This document shows positions 25,431 through 39,719 of a stretch of 64,000 nt of DNA, piece by piece. The stretch is from the human T2T-CHM13v2.0 reference genome, Homo sapiens: NCBI RefSeq assembly GCF_009914755.1, contig NC_060935.1. The stretch is one strand, 5' to 3'. How positions within the stretch are numbered: position 1 is the first letter of the stretch; every line of letters begins with the position of its first letter. A model generated the notes under the pieces. The model did no database searches. It was not told the origin of the DNA and saw nothing but the letters and a program-made list of their open reading frames with translations. A program made the position numbers and the translations under genes.

Positions 25431-28400
25431 CCCCAGGTCCACATATATTCATTGTGGCTGGGAAAGAAGTCATATGTCAGCCAATGAATCATGATCCCGA
25501 CAGTAATAAAGTTTATTTCATTTTAGGACAATCAGGAGTGAAACTTTTAAAACCTCACAGCCTCATTCATCTCCATATATGTAGCTGATGATATGACAAT
25601 TCTGCAAAACATATTCTTACCTATATAAAGTGCCCAAAGATCACAGACAGGAAAAGAACACCCAATTCCCCCTCTCAGATATATATCCAAGCAATGCAAA
25701 CATATTGTCATCAGTTTCCTTACATCTGCCAGGAGGCAATATGTCAAATAAATAATTTAGACCAGCTGAGGCACCACAAGAAAACAAGGCCATCAATCAT
25801 CTCGGCTGCATTATTGATTGCCAATACCAAGATACTTGCTAAGACAAATGACTCAGCTATTATACTAGTGAGGTTTTAGCCTACCCTGACTACATAAATC
25901 AAATGAATGGTTTGTTGTTTTAAGATGTACAAATGTATGTATAATTATTTCCCTGCATTTGTGTAATCTATCTAAGGTGGCTCCTCATATGCGAAACCTA
26001 GATACATTATTTGCCCACTTACACAATTTTTCCCTTTCTCTTTAGGTGTTACACATATCTGTTGCATCCATCTAATGGAGAACTACCTCTGCTTATGCTT
26101 ATTCCTGTAAGACCTAGCTATTGCTTTAATGGCTTAGCAATAAAATGGATTTACTAGCTCATAAACTGAAAACTCCATGGAAATTATGTCTCCAGCCATG
26201 ATTGGATTCAGGAGTTGAATCTTTTCATTAAACTTAAGTCTTTCTCTCCTCTCTGTGTTGTCTTCTTTCTCAGGCTCTGCTTTCCTCTGTTGGTGTCCTT
26301 CTTGGGAGGTCTCTTCCCATGTGGGATTCAAGTTGCTCTAATACAAAAAATATGCTTGAAGTTAAAAAAAAAAAAAACACAGAAGATAGTATCTCTTTTT
26401 CAGCCAAAGTTCCAAGGTTGAGTCTCATTGAACTGATCTGGATCACCTCTTTGAGTCAACTACTATGACCAAAAAGATGAAATTGTTGAGCTCAGACCTG
26501 GCGCAAACATGTTCCCTAAGGACCAGTAGGAGAGGTATCAGACATACCCAAATCAAACGAAAATTGATTGCCACTATGGCATTCTCATTTCTATATCACT
26601 CCACAGACCTTTCAAAGGGTCTCACAATTTTGAGGTACTTGATCTATGTTTCTTAATATAATCCAGCTATTACCTGGGTTCACACTAGCCCTTGAAAGCT
26701 ATATTGAGTTACCTCTAATCCACAATCTCACTTCCAGAAAGAACCCAAATATCCTTTCCATAAATTTATAGGACCTTCCTTCTTCACATCTGCCTCTGAG
26801 CTTCAGCAGCATAAGAGGCTACCTGTGTCTTGAAACATTTTGATTCTGACAAACTCTACTACTCTGGTTGCCCCCCCACCACACACACACACACATGCAT
26901 GGTAAAATATGCCCAATATTTCTTTCAAAAGATAAATGAGAGGTTAGGAGGTGTTTGTAGAACAATGCATGCCACTTTAACAGGTACTTGAAGGAACCTC
27001 AAAAATTTTTTTTACTAATCCTGACTACCCCAGACTTAACTCATTTTCCGACTTCTTGCAACCCACTCCAACATTTAAGAGAGAAATAATAGAATTTTCC
27101 CCTGCATCTCATGCAGAGAAATGACTGTCCTATCCCTATCTCAGCTTTGATTCCAGCAGGCATTTAGAGCATTGAAGATGGGATGGAAGCTGAAGAGCAG
27201 ATGTGAAGAGATGTCTTGCCATCTAGATCACTTTTCAAAGTATTCTTGCCAACAAAGGCAATGCTCTTTCCATGAGAAATTCTAAGAATAAAACAGCAGA
27301 GAAATCATGTCAACTTTATTTCTGCCATGCTTCTCATACCCCTCTCCTAATTTCCTAAAACCCATGTTCACTGCCTTTATTCATGCCTGGAATCAAATAC
27401 GTTCTAAGGAGAATTAAATAATTGGCATTCTTTTGTGTGTTGACCATTACTAAGTAGATACCTTTTTCTAAGTACTGTTCTTTCTACATAGGACAAAAGG
27501 GAAGGAAATAGGACTCTCTTTCCCAAAATTATAATAGACAAAATAAACTGTCTTCATCACTCTAGGGCAGTGTTTCCCAAATTTCAGATACATCCATTCT
27601 TCCAATTTTTTACATATCTGCATAACACTTCTAATATTTATGTAATATTTTAATAGATTTCTTTTTATATGTACTTTAGTCTTGTGTTAAGTGAAATCTG
27701 TGAATAGATGTTGAAGTTAATTCTCTTCTAACACATTAAAGTAACCACTTTGATTAAAATGTTGTCCATGTGCCACCTTAATTTTCTCCTGTCACAAGTA
27801 ATATACATCTTACTCCTTGGAGAAGATTTTTTTCTAAGTCAGTGGATAATGGGTAGAGCTGTCATTACTGAGGTATATAGAGGTTTAAACTTCTATAAGC
27901 CATCTACACTACCTATAAACAAACGTATACAAGAGTAGAAGGATGCAGAAACCAACACACTTCCAGGCAATTAAAATGGGACCCAAGAATAAAACTGTAA
28001 GTCTACTTGGCTTTAAATGGAATCACACTATTTGTAACCATCCAGGGTCAGAGAACAGATGTAAGAAGAACCAAAGTTCTCCTTTTTCTGATTTTATTTT
28101 GTTTCATTTTTACAGTAAAGAGGAAACAGAATGAGCTTTAGACTTAGACCAGCCTGACTTTGAATCCCACTTACTGTCTTTATGATTTTGAGCAAGTTGC
28201 TTTACTTCTCTGATCCTTGGTTCCTGCTTAGAAAAAAAATGAGAATAACGCCAATGATCTCTGGATTGCTGTGCGGTATGCAAAGTTTATGGGTCAAAGT
28301 CAATGCGTAGTATTACCAATCATCAGATAGCTTTAGCAATTATGAGCTTAGTCTTCTATTTTGGAAAACTGAGTCCAGGGGCAGCAGCAAGAGCCTCTTT

Positions 28401-28911
28401 ATTCCTATTGCATAAGATTTCCCTTTCCTTTCACAGACTCTTGAGATCCGAGATAGGCGATGGAATCACAAGGCAGCTCATGGGAAACTAATCACTCAGA
28501 ATGAATGATTCTATAGAAATGGCAAAAATCGGACACCTACTCCAGGTGTCACAAACTGGCTGATAGATTCATGTTAAGTATGTAATGCTTCTTTCCTACT
28601 CCTGTTTAGTTTGTTTGTTTGTTCCCACATAAAGAGGAAATTTGACCGTCAAAAAACTCCTGGCATAAACCTATGTCTGAATCAGTCTTCCCTAGAAGTA
28701 AAGCCACTTAATCTGATTAATGAGTTGGGGAAAAGTATCTGGACATATATAAACTTTCATGTTCCTCTTCTCTGTGACATAAAGTGTCATCCATCCCAAG
28801 CAGAATGTCAATGTTTTTGCTAGTTTCACAGGGTCCATCTCTACCTATGACTAGGTCAGACATCTGAGTGATTCTGTAGTTCAGTATTAAGAAGCTCACT
28901 TGTCTCTCACC

Positions 28912-29242
28912 CACACACTGAATAACAACATTTCAGTCAATGGCAGACCACATATATAACAGTGTCCCCATAAGATTATACTATATTTATACTGTACCTT
29001 TTGTATGTTTAAATATACAAATATTTACCATTGTGTTAAAATTGCCTACGGTATTCAGTGCAATAACATGCTGTACAGGTTTATAGCTTAGGAGCACTAG
29101 GCTGTACCATATGGCCTAGGTGTGTAGTAGACTGTACCATGTAGGTTTGTATAAGTACACTCTATGATGTTCACACAATGATGCAACCACCTAATGATGC
29201 ATTTCTCAGAGTATTTCCCTGTCGTTAAGCAGCACATGACTA
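28912..29242. mobile_element. Tigger3a (MER7A-like) element
   Basis: ccataagattata...ctgtacaggtttatagcttaggagc...gcatttctcagagtatttccctgtcgttaagcagcacatgact. Confidence 0.88.
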
Positions 29243-29949
29243 TAGTTATGAACCACACTCTCTATTATCAGTGTTATGAATAATACAGGTGATAATTTAA
29301 GGCAGTTTCTCATCTGCCTTCCTCTTTTGTTTTAATTCTCGACTGATACAGACTAGAAAAAGGGATGTTATTTTGAGAACACTCTCAAACTTCAGCAAAA
29401 TGTTTTCACAAACAAGACTTCATTATCACAATACTTACTGCATCAAAGCTATTTCTGAGTTCGTAGTTAGAGTGATTCTCCCAAAACAGGCACCACAATT
29501 TTTGAACAGAGTAACTCGGTGCCTGCCACATTTTTTAGGGTACTTACCATGGAAGCTATGCTGAGTTTAGCTAACTAAATCCAAGATCCAGAAGCGTGTG
29601 GTTGCTTTCATTCCTGATCTCTGAGGAATCTAAAATCTCTTCTATTTCAACAGAACTCCTGGCCTCCAAACCTCTTGTATTTCCTGGGGTGGAATACCAA
29701 TGTACAATTTTTGTATCAAAAATATATTAAAGATTGTGAATGCCTTATTTCCATAGCACTTTTGTTTAAAAAGTACTTTTACATTTATGTTCATTTTGCT
29801 TTCAATTTACTTTCAACTTTTTATCTCTTCCTTATCTTTATTATATTCTGCAAGGTTACCCTAAATGAAGAAAATACACCTGAAAGAGGCAGTATTGAAA
29901 AAGGTCATATAGACCACAGCACAATTAAAACTGAAATTCAATTTACCCA

Positions 29950-30330
29950 ATTCCCTGCCTTCAAGTTGCTCCTAGCTTACTAAAAGAGACAAAAAGGTAA
30001 ACAAAAAATTATGACCCAAATTGTGACACCTACCTCATAATGGCCACCTTGGGAGTCTACATAGAGGGACTGGTGATCCTATCTTAGGGAGCTAGAGGAG
30101 ACTTGCTGGAGGGGAGTAAAGAGATAGGCTTTAAGGCATGAATATTTCAGGCACAGAAACAGCATGTTCAAAGAGGGAAGAGAACATAATTGTTCAGGGA
30201 ACTGCAAATTGTTCAGAATGGTTGGGGTGCAAATTGCTAGCATAGAGCAGGAAGAGATAAGCCTGGAAAAGGAAGCAAGGACCAGACAAGGCAGGCTTTG
30301 CAGAGTCTGAGAATATGGCTTCACTAAGAA
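29950..30330 (-). mobile_element. LINE-2 fragment
   Basis: ccctgccttcaagttgctc...ttcaggcacagaaacagcatgttcaaag...tgttcagggaactgcaaattgttcag. Confidence 0.7.
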
Positions 30331-32417
30331 AATAATGAAACAATCCCATCTGTCATCAAACCAAACCAAGTAAGATAGGTCAATGCCTCTTTACCTCTTA
30401 AACCCAAAACACAAGGGAAGACAACTCTAATATAGTCCAAAACAGTCAAGGTTGTAGCACCATGACAAGGTTACCTCCAGTTTACCTGGAAAGGGCATTT
30501 CAGTTTAAATGATAATTCCCATAAACCTAAAACGATTTTCCCAAGTCCATTCAGTGTTCATAGAACTGCTTTTCCAAGCAATCTACACACTCATATTGGT
30601 CACTGTCTCCCAAGACTGACTGATAAATGGTTTTGTGCTTGGATGTTCTAGTGGAATCTGACTGTCAGACAATTTGGTATTCAGGACAACTTAAAAGTTT
30701 TCCTTTTTCTTCCAGGAGACAATCAACTTGTCATAAAGCATTACATTTTTCAATGTATATGCATTTCATTCTCGCAAACATACATTCGGAGCTAGGTGCC
30801 TCCCTTCCTTCACCAGCACACATACACATACACACCCTATTATTAAGTGGATACATATATCAGAATGGCACATCCAGAATATACAACAGTAATAATTCCT
30901 TATATTTTCATAGTTGCTTTTCATTTATAATTTATACACAGCTGCACCCAAAAAGAATGTGAGACAGCTATAGCACTTTATAATTTATAAAGCATTCCAT
31001 CTTATGAAAATCTTGTGGGGTAGGAAGAATGAGGATTAATATTTGTGTCAGGAAAAAAGGAAACTCAGGCTGTAAAAGATAAGGTGACTTCCTAAAGCCC
31101 ATATCCAGATCTCTGAAAGCCTTAAGCTATGCCTTTCAATTGCATTAGACCATCTCCTCTAATAACTTGTATATCCACCAGCTCTCTTTAAGGACATACT
31201 GAGAAATAAATAAGCAAAAAATAATCACAAGTATGAGAACATGACTCAACCACTCTGCACTCACTCTCCACATCACCACTCAGACTTTCAAGTGTTAAGA
31301 ATCATTGCTAATATTTATTGAGTACCTAGGACATGCATAACTGGTTTACATTCCTTACCCCACGAGAGGCCTATGAGGTAGCTAATATTATTTCCATTTT
31401 AATGATGAGAAAGGTGAGATACAGAAAAGTTAAATAATTTTCCCCCAAAGACATAGCAAGTAGGTTTTGGAGTCAGGGTTCATAATCAGACAGTCTTAAT
31501 TAAGCAGTCACATGTTTAACCACTATACTATTCTTGTTCTTTGTACCAGAAACTTCTTCAGAGTAGATGTATCACAAGCAATGGGTTTTGTCCTAAGAGA
31601 CTTATTATACATGTGTGTGTGTGTGTGTGTATCGTGTGTGTGTATTGTGACTCTTTCATCCAGATGATCCAGGTAGTCTTCTCAGGGTGCATATAAACCC
31701 TTCCAAATCCACACACAAGTAGAGTTCCTAATGAAGTTCTCATTTCCCCGAATGCAAACATCTGTCCCTCCCATGACCATTCAGACTGGTGCCACTACCT
31801 AGAGGGGACAATTTGACTTGGCCCATAAGTTATTTTGCAAAATGAAAACAAGTCTGAAGATTTGCTACTCAGGTACAAAGGTCACCTATATAATAGTCCA
31901 AAAATTTATTCCCAGAGATATAATGATGAATCATCATGCCACTTTGCCGTGGTATATCTGTACTATGATTGCCACTACCAAGGCAGCATACTGATATGCC
32001 CTCCAAATCCTTAGTTTTTACCCATTGCCATCAGGCACATATGCTATTATCTATAACTGACTCATCACTATACCTTACAACATTTCTGATTCTTCTAAAC
32101 TTGAACATCTGGCAATTGTTACCCAACCTTATCCAAAGGTTCCCAACTAGGTGAGGGATTGAGTGGTCAGTATAGATGCCAGTAAGAGGAAAGATTATGA
32201 GAGTAGAATAGAAAGAAAAGGGCTGAGGTTCTTGGACACTAATTAATAGTTGAATTCAGGGAGATAAAAAAGTTCTATTTTAATATTATTTATATTTATA
32301 TATTATTCATATCAGATAATCACAATCACTAAGAAAGAAATCAAAACTAATGATCGCTAAACTGTAGAATGATTAAAGTTTTGTTTTGTTTCATTTTGTT
32401 TTTGTAATTGACTAAAT

Positions 32418-32915
32418 ATGGTGGAAATTGCTAGTTACCTACCCAAATCCATTCTCTCTTCTTCCTAATTGAACCCAAATTTTGTCAGGAGTCATAGATG
32501 TCTAGATAGATTTAAAAGGGGGTTGGGGGGAAAGAAGATGAAACTACATTTCCCAGACTGTCTTGCAGATAGCAATGGCCATGTGACAGGATTCTGGCCA
32601 ATAACATACAAGCAGAGGTTGTTGGGGAGACTTTTAGTTAAACTCTTCAAAACGTGTCCAACTGCCTTAGTGAATGTCCATTTCCAGTGCCCAAAACCTT
32701 TTTCTTAGGTGAAATTCAGATATAAAACCAGCACAAATCATCTATCTTGAGACTGAAGGGACAGATAAGAGACACTATTCTGAGGACATAGAGGAACTAC
32801 CATACCACTAATGAGTACCAAACCTATTTTATGCTAGAAAAATAAAATTCCTAGTATTTCAAATCATTATTTTTAAAGCCCACTGCTCACAGTTGAATGA
32901 AATTCATAACTGATG
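32418..32915 (+). mobile_element. Old MaLR LTR (MLT1I/J-like)
   Basis: actacatttcccagactgtcttgcagatagcaatggccatgtgac..ttctggccaat. Confidence 0.65.
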
Positions 32916-33145
32916 TACCATGCTATGCTAACCTTAGCAAATGTCAGCATAAGAACACAAATTCATTCCAGAGGGAGATCAAAAACCCCAACAGGGATTT
33001 TGTTGAGATAAATGTCATCGCTATTTGAGCTATGCCAGATCCCTTGTAGGATTTCCCACCTTTATTTTCTATTTTGATTAAGATATTATGATTTTTTATC
33101 ACACTGTCAGAGAACAAATACAAGCATGAATAATAATTTATAAAA

Positions 33146-34168
33146 TAGTCATGCATTGCTTAATGATGGGGATACATTCTGATAAACGGCCATTAGGCAA
33201 TTTTGTTGCTGCGTGAACATCACAGAATGTACTTACACAAACCTAGATGGTATAGCCTATTGCTCCTAGATTACAAACCAGCATAGCATGTTACTGTACT
33301 GAATATTGCAGGCAATTACAACACAATGGTAAGTATTTCTGTATATAAACATATCTAAACATTAAAAAGGTACAGTAAAAATATATTAAATGTCTGGCAT
33401 GGTGGTGAGTGACTGTAGTCCCTGCTACTGGGGAGTCTGAGGCAGGAGGCTTGTTTGAGCCCTGGAGTTAGAGAACAGCCTGGGCAACATAGGAAGACCC
33501 TGTATCCAAAAAGGAAAAAAAAATGTATATTTTAAAAGAAAATAAGGTATACAAGATTAAAAAAATGTGCACCTTTATAGGGCACTTACAATGAATGAAG
33601 CTTGCAGGATGGAAGTTGCTCTGGGTGAGTCAGTGAGTGAATAGTGAGTGAATGTGAAGGCCTAGGGCATTAGTGTACACTACTGGAGACTTTATAAACA
33701 CTGTTTATTTAGGATACACTGAACTTATTGAAAAAGATTTTTCTTTCTTCAATAATAAATTAACCTTAGCTTATGGGTAACATTTTTACTTTGTAAACTT
33801 TTTAATTTTTTAAAATTTTTGACTGCTTTGTAATAACATTTAGCTTTAAACAAGAACACATTATGTGGTTGTACCAAAATATTTTTGTTCTTTACATTCT
33901 TATTCTATCAACTTTTTTCTATTTTTAAAATTCTTGATTTATTTTTACTTTTTATAATTTTTATTGAAAACTAAGACGCAAACACACATATTAGCCTAGA
34001 TCTACACATGGTCAGGATCATCAATATTGCTATTTTCCACCCCCGCAGCTTTTCACTAGAGTTTTTCAAATCTGAATAAGAGTTTTCAGCTCCATTCTAA
34101 CTTTATGGGACCACTGTTGTCAATGTGGTCTGTTATTGACAGCAATGTCACTATGTGATACATGACTA
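33146..34168. mobile_element. Tigger3b (MER7B-like), opposite orientation to the 28912 copy
   Basis: tagtcatgcattgcttaatgatggggatacattctga ... catgactata terminal inverted repeats. Confidence 0.88.
33390..33522 (+). mobile_element. Free Alu monomer (FLAM-like) inserted in Tigger3b
   Basis: single arm ...gagccctggagttagagaacagcctgggcaacataggaagaccctg + A tail. Confidence 0.85.
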
Positions 34169-35536
34169 TATATACCCATAGTGGTTCCCAGATATTTTTC
34201 AAAATCCTAGCATGTGTTTGGCAGTCATAATTTCTTCTTCTAGAGACACAAGATTATAGATTAGAGAGGCACATGTACTTTGTCTCTCTTTCCCAAGCCA
34301 CATGCTCCATTGAGACTACATTTATACCCCATGGCTAATCTGTGGGTTTAAGCAATCAAGTCCCTACATGGCTTGAATATCTCCATGGGATCAGCCAACC
34401 AAGATAGAGACCTTCTACAGATAAGCCATCTTGGTACTAATTACTTTCCCTGAGACACAGCCAAGTGATAGGAATCAAACATCACCAATTCACAGCCTAT
34501 TCCCTGATTCCTACATATAATGTTCTATTTAGGTTAAAACAAGAACACATTGGTCAGTCAAGATAGCTTAGTCTTGTAGCAAGGATATATGATGGCTATG
34601 GGTTCAGATTATCAATGTCAGATTCAATCTCATGTTTTTTTGTTAAAAAAATTCCCTTCTACTTGCATGGAGAATATCCTCGTTTAACTGGCATAGGAGT
34701 ATCAAAATATGAATTGATATTTAGAAATGTTAGTGCTTACACAACAAACCCAAACCATGTACCTAATGTATTTTTAATGTAATACCCAGAAAGACAAGAG
34801 TAATTAAAGAATAATTGGAAGAATCAGATGGTTCTCTAGAAGAAGATATTCATAATAAAATAAAAGTTTTTATATTTAAATATTTAGAAACAACTGACAG
34901 TATTTTAAACAACACTGAAAGTTCACGAAGTATCGGGCATTGCGCTAAGTGCTTTGTGTATACCATCTCATTTTTTTTTTCTACTTATGAAGAAAGTAAT
35001 ATTTTAGAACTTCTCCTATTTTAAAGACAAAGTGCTTGAGCTCAGACAAGTAATTTGTCCAAACTCACACAACTGTTAAATGGTAGAGCAAAAATTCTAG
35101 CCAACTTAGGCTTTCTGATCCCTTGGTGAGATTAAGTATTTCACTCTATTGCCTCTCAGGAAGCAAAAGGAAATTAGAAAATAAGGTAAATGCTGGTTAC
35201 TTAAAAAAAAAAAAAAACCTGATTTTAATAACAAACACAGCTAAAATTTCAGCTACTTGCAATATAAATTTTGGCTGAGTGAGACTGGTGGAGAGAAGTA
35301 AAAGTAGGCTACTTTTTGCCTTATTTGCTAGAACTATATATAAATAAATTCTAAACTTTGTTAGCAAAATATAAGTTTACTTGTACATATAATATACATT
35401 AAAGTATATTAAAATTTAAAAGCAATCATTGGTAGGCTAAAAAAATTAATAACTTTGAAGCCAGTAATACAGGAAAATCGAACAAAGCAAATTATATCAA
35501 TTTAAAAAGTTTTTTTAAGTAAAATCATAAACCAGA

Positions 35537-36105
35537 TGTGGTAGATTGCATTTTCCAAAGGTGATCACACTTTTATATAAACACCCTATATGTTCTTCTT
35601 AAACTGTGTTGTTGACACATTTAAATTGAGGGATGAGGTCTATATTCCCTGACTCTGAACCTGCACAGAACTTTACAAATGCCTCAACTAATAGCATTTG
35701 GTTGATATCGTGTGCATGACTTCTGAGTCCAGGTTATAAAACAAAAATAGTTTCTACTTGGCTCTCCCTCTTAGTATGCTGGTCCTTTGAACACAGTCAC
35801 CATATTCCCAAGCCACACAGAGAGACCATGTGGAGACCATGATTGAAGCAAAGAGCCCCAGCTAGATCCTCAGCCAACATTAGCATCAGCTACCAGACAT
35901 ATGAGTGAATGAGCTTTCAAATGATTCCAGCTTTCAGCTTTTGGGTCTTCCAGCTGAGAACTAAAACATCATAGAACAAAGAAAAGTTTTCTCTGCCCAA
36001 TCTGAACTCCTGATATGTAGAAAATGTGAGAGATAATCAAGGGAATATTGTTGTTCTAAACCACTAAGTTTGGGAGTAATTAGATATACAGCAACAGTTT
36101 ATTAA
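35537..36105 (+). mobile_element. MaLR solo LTR (MLT1G/H-like)
   Basis: tgtggtagattgcattttccaaag...cagccaacattagcatcagctaccagacatatgagtga...ccactaagtttgggagtaatt. Confidence 0.8.
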
Positions 36106-36604
36106 TAAAGCAGAGAAAATTGAAAAATAAAAAATTAGTTGACAAGAACAAATCCAAAAATATCAGGAATCATGATGAAATTAAAAGGATTAAAATCACC
36201 TATTAAGTGGATTAAAAAAACTAAAGGTGCAGGAAGTTTTAAAATGAAGGGATTGCAAAAATAAAAAAATATAAAAACAGGTAATTAACTCCCCCAAAAA
36301 TATTTCTCTAGCAATACAAATATGAGTCAACATTGAATCTTAATTCAAATCTTAAGGCAAAAAAAGTATTAAAAGATGCACAGAGAAATATTTCATATTA
36401 ATAAAAGAACAATTATACAAGTTATGAGGCATAAATATGTATTGTAGCAATACAGTTTTGAAAAGTATAAAATGAAATTTTACATATAAAATCATAGATA
36501 AAATCTGGATATCTACAAACTATTCATAATTGTGGTTATATCTGTGACAAAGAGCAGGGGACTAGGTTTGATTATATCAAGTAAGTCTAAATGAGCCACA
36601 CTCT

Positions 36605-36640
36605 ACACACACACGCGCACACACACACACACACACACAC
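36605..36640. repeat. (CA)n microsatellite
   Basis: interrupted CA run. Confidence 0.9.
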
Positions 36641-37459
36641 AACTGTGATGATAGGTAGAAATGCAAACAAGTTTCAATACATCATATTGGAAAACTTCAT
36701 ATCTCTACTTCAGTAAATATTGCTCTTTGTTAACTAAGTATATAAAAATACTTTGAGTTAACTGACCTGTACTTCTAATATTACTTTTATTCCAGCAATA
36801 TTCCAACAAGATAATTTCAAAATAAATACAAAGAAGAATACACTGATACAGAAGAATATACTGACATAATACCAAAAGATATGTTATCCTTGTATGACAA
36901 GCAATTAGGTGTTCAAAAAATACTCAGAATTATACTAAGTGCCAAGCACTGTATTAGGTACTAAGTTTACAAAAGTGAATCCGACAGATGACTTCCTATT
37001 CTGGGCTTACTGTTTGGTAGAAGAGATAGACTCTGAACAGAGAAGCCCATAATGACCATAAACTTTCAAATTATGTGAGGACTTTGAAGGAAAATATCAA
37101 AATATTTTTTAGATATTAAACCTGAGGTAGCACAGGAAAGTGATCCCTGAGAGAGGGAAATAAATAAGGTTATTGCCAGCTTACTGCCTTGAGAGAGTTT
37201 TCAGGCCTCAATACAGGAAGGGGAAAACCAGGTAAGGGCCCAGTGATCCTACTGAGATGAGGATAGAGAGTTGGGAGATTGAAGAGGCCAAAAAAGCTAG
37301 AGGTCATGGAGCAGAGCACCAGAGAGGAGAGAGCTGCACATGGAGAGAGCTTCAGAGACTTGCAGAAGGCTCCCCTCAAGGCTTCATCTGAGCACTAACC
37401 AGCACATACACTTGAGGAAGTTACTCAGGGCCAGCTAAAGAAACAACCAGACAGAACTA

Positions 37460-39690
37460 AAGACATGATTATCTCAATACATGTAGAAAAAAGCTTTTGA
37501 TAAAATTCAACATCCATTCATGTTAAAAATTCTCAATAAACTAGGTATTGAAGGAACATACCTCAAAATAATAAGAGACATATATGACAACCCCCACAGG
37601 CAACATCGTACTGAATGGACAAAAGCTGGAATCATTCCCCTTGAAATCCAGCACAGGACAAGATTCCCCTCTCTCATCAGTTCTATTCAACATAGTACTG
37701 GATGTCCTGACCAGGGCAACAGGCAAAAGAAAGAAAGAAAGGGCATCCAAATAGCAAGAGAGGAAGTCAAACTATCCTTGTTTGCTGACAACATAATCCT
37801 ATATCTAGAAAACCCATTAACACAGTCCAAAACCTTCTTAAGCGATAAACAACTTAGCAAAGTCTCAGGATACCAAATCATTGTGCAAAAGTCAGTAGCG
37901 TTCCTATACACTAACAACTGAGAGCTGAGAGGCAAATCAGAAATATACTTCCATTCACAGTTGTCACAAAAAGAATAAAATACATGGGAATACACCAAAC
38001 TAGGGAAAAGATCTCTACCAGGAGAACTACAAAACACTGTTCAAAGAAATCAGAGATGATACAAATGGAAAAACATTCCATGCTTATGAATAGGAAGAAT
38101 CAATATTATTAAAACGACCATACTGCCCAAAGCAATTTATAGAGTCAATGCTATTCCTATCAAACTACCAATGACATTCTTCACAGCATTAGAAAAACCT
38201 ATATTAAAATTCACATGGAACCAAAAAAAGAAAAGCCTGAATAGCCAAGACAATTTTAAGGAAAAAGAAAAAACCTGGAGGCATCACACTACCTGACTCA
38301 AAACTGTACTGGCTACAGTAACCAAAACAGCATGGTACTGGTACAAAAACAGACACAAAGGCCAATGGAAAAGAATAGAGAACCCAGAAATAAGACCAGA
38401 CATCTACAACTATCTGATCTTCGAAAAACCTGACAAAAACAAGTAATGGGGAGACATCCTGTACTCAATAAATGGTGCTGGGATAACTGGCTAGCCATAT
38501 GCAGAAGACTGAAACTGGACCCCATCCTTATACCATATACAAACATTAACAAAAGACAGATTAAAGATTTAAATGTAAAACACAAAACCTATAAAAACCC
38601 TGAAAGATAAGCTACCTAGGCAATACCATCCAGGACACAGGCACGGACAAAGATTTCATGACAAAGACACCAAAAGCAACTGTAACAAAAGCAAAAATTG
38701 ACAAATGAGATCTAATTAAACTAAAGAGCTTCTTCACAGCAAAAGAAACTATCAACAAAGGAAACAGACAACCTACAGAATGGTAGAAAATTTTTGCAAA
38801 CTATACATGTGACAAAGGTCTATATCCACCATCTACAAAAAAACTTAAATTTACAGGAAGAGAAAAGCAAACAACCCCATTAAAAAGTGGGCAAAGGACA
38901 TGAACAAACGCTTTTCAAAAGAACACAGACATGTGTCCAACAATCATATGATAAAATCCTCAATATCAGTGATTATTAGAGAAATGCAAATCAAAACCAC
39001 AATGAGTTACCATCTCATACCAGTCAAAATGGCTATTATTAAAAAGTCAAAAAAATAACAGATGCTGGTGAGGTTGTAGGGAAAAAGGACCATTTATACA
39101 CTGTTGGTGGAAGACACTGTGGTCATTCATCAAAGTCCTAAAGACAGAAATACAATTCAACCCAGCAATCCCATTACTGGGTATATACCTAAAGGAATAT
39201 AAATCATTCTATTACAAAGACACATGCACGCATGTGTTCATTGCAGCACTATTTACAATAGCAAAGACATGGAATCAACCTAAATGCTCATCAATGATAG
39301 ACTGAATAAAGAAAATGTGGTACATATACACCACGGAATGCTATGCAGCCATAAAAAGGAACTAGATCATGTCCTATGCAGGGACATGATGGAGCTGGAG
39401 GCCATTATCCTTAGCAAACTAACACAGGAACAGAAAACCAAATACCACATATTCTCATAAATGGGAGATAAATGATGAGAACACATGAACACAAAAATGG
39501 GAACAGACACTCTGGGGCTTTGCAGAGGGAGGAGAGAAGGAGGAGGGAGAGGATCAGGAAAAATTACTAATGGATAGTAGGCTTAATACCTGGGTGATGA
39601 AATAATTTGTACAACAAACTCCCATGACACAAGTTTACCTATGTAACAAACCTACACTTGTACTCCTGAACTTAAAATAAAAGTTAAAAA
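37460..39690 (+). mobile_element. 5'-truncated L1PA (L1PA13-like), ORF2 RT to 3'UTR
   Basis: ORF 37520-37921 [31 protein letters not shown]; 3'UTR ggagggagaggatcaggaaaa...aacttaaaataaaagttaaaaa. Confidence 0.96.
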
Positions 39691-39719
39691 TATGTATATA
39701 ACAGGAGAAATATTTCAGT

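Noticed and set aside
28410-28550. Plus-strand acceptor-like sites (28436; also 2351 and 16705)
   Set aside because: No convincing paired donor or frame; such motifs are common by chance.
28912-34168. Two inverted Tigger3 elements as ends of one composite transposon
   Set aside because: The 33146 copy has both of its own ends and the copies differ in structure; independent insertions are simpler.
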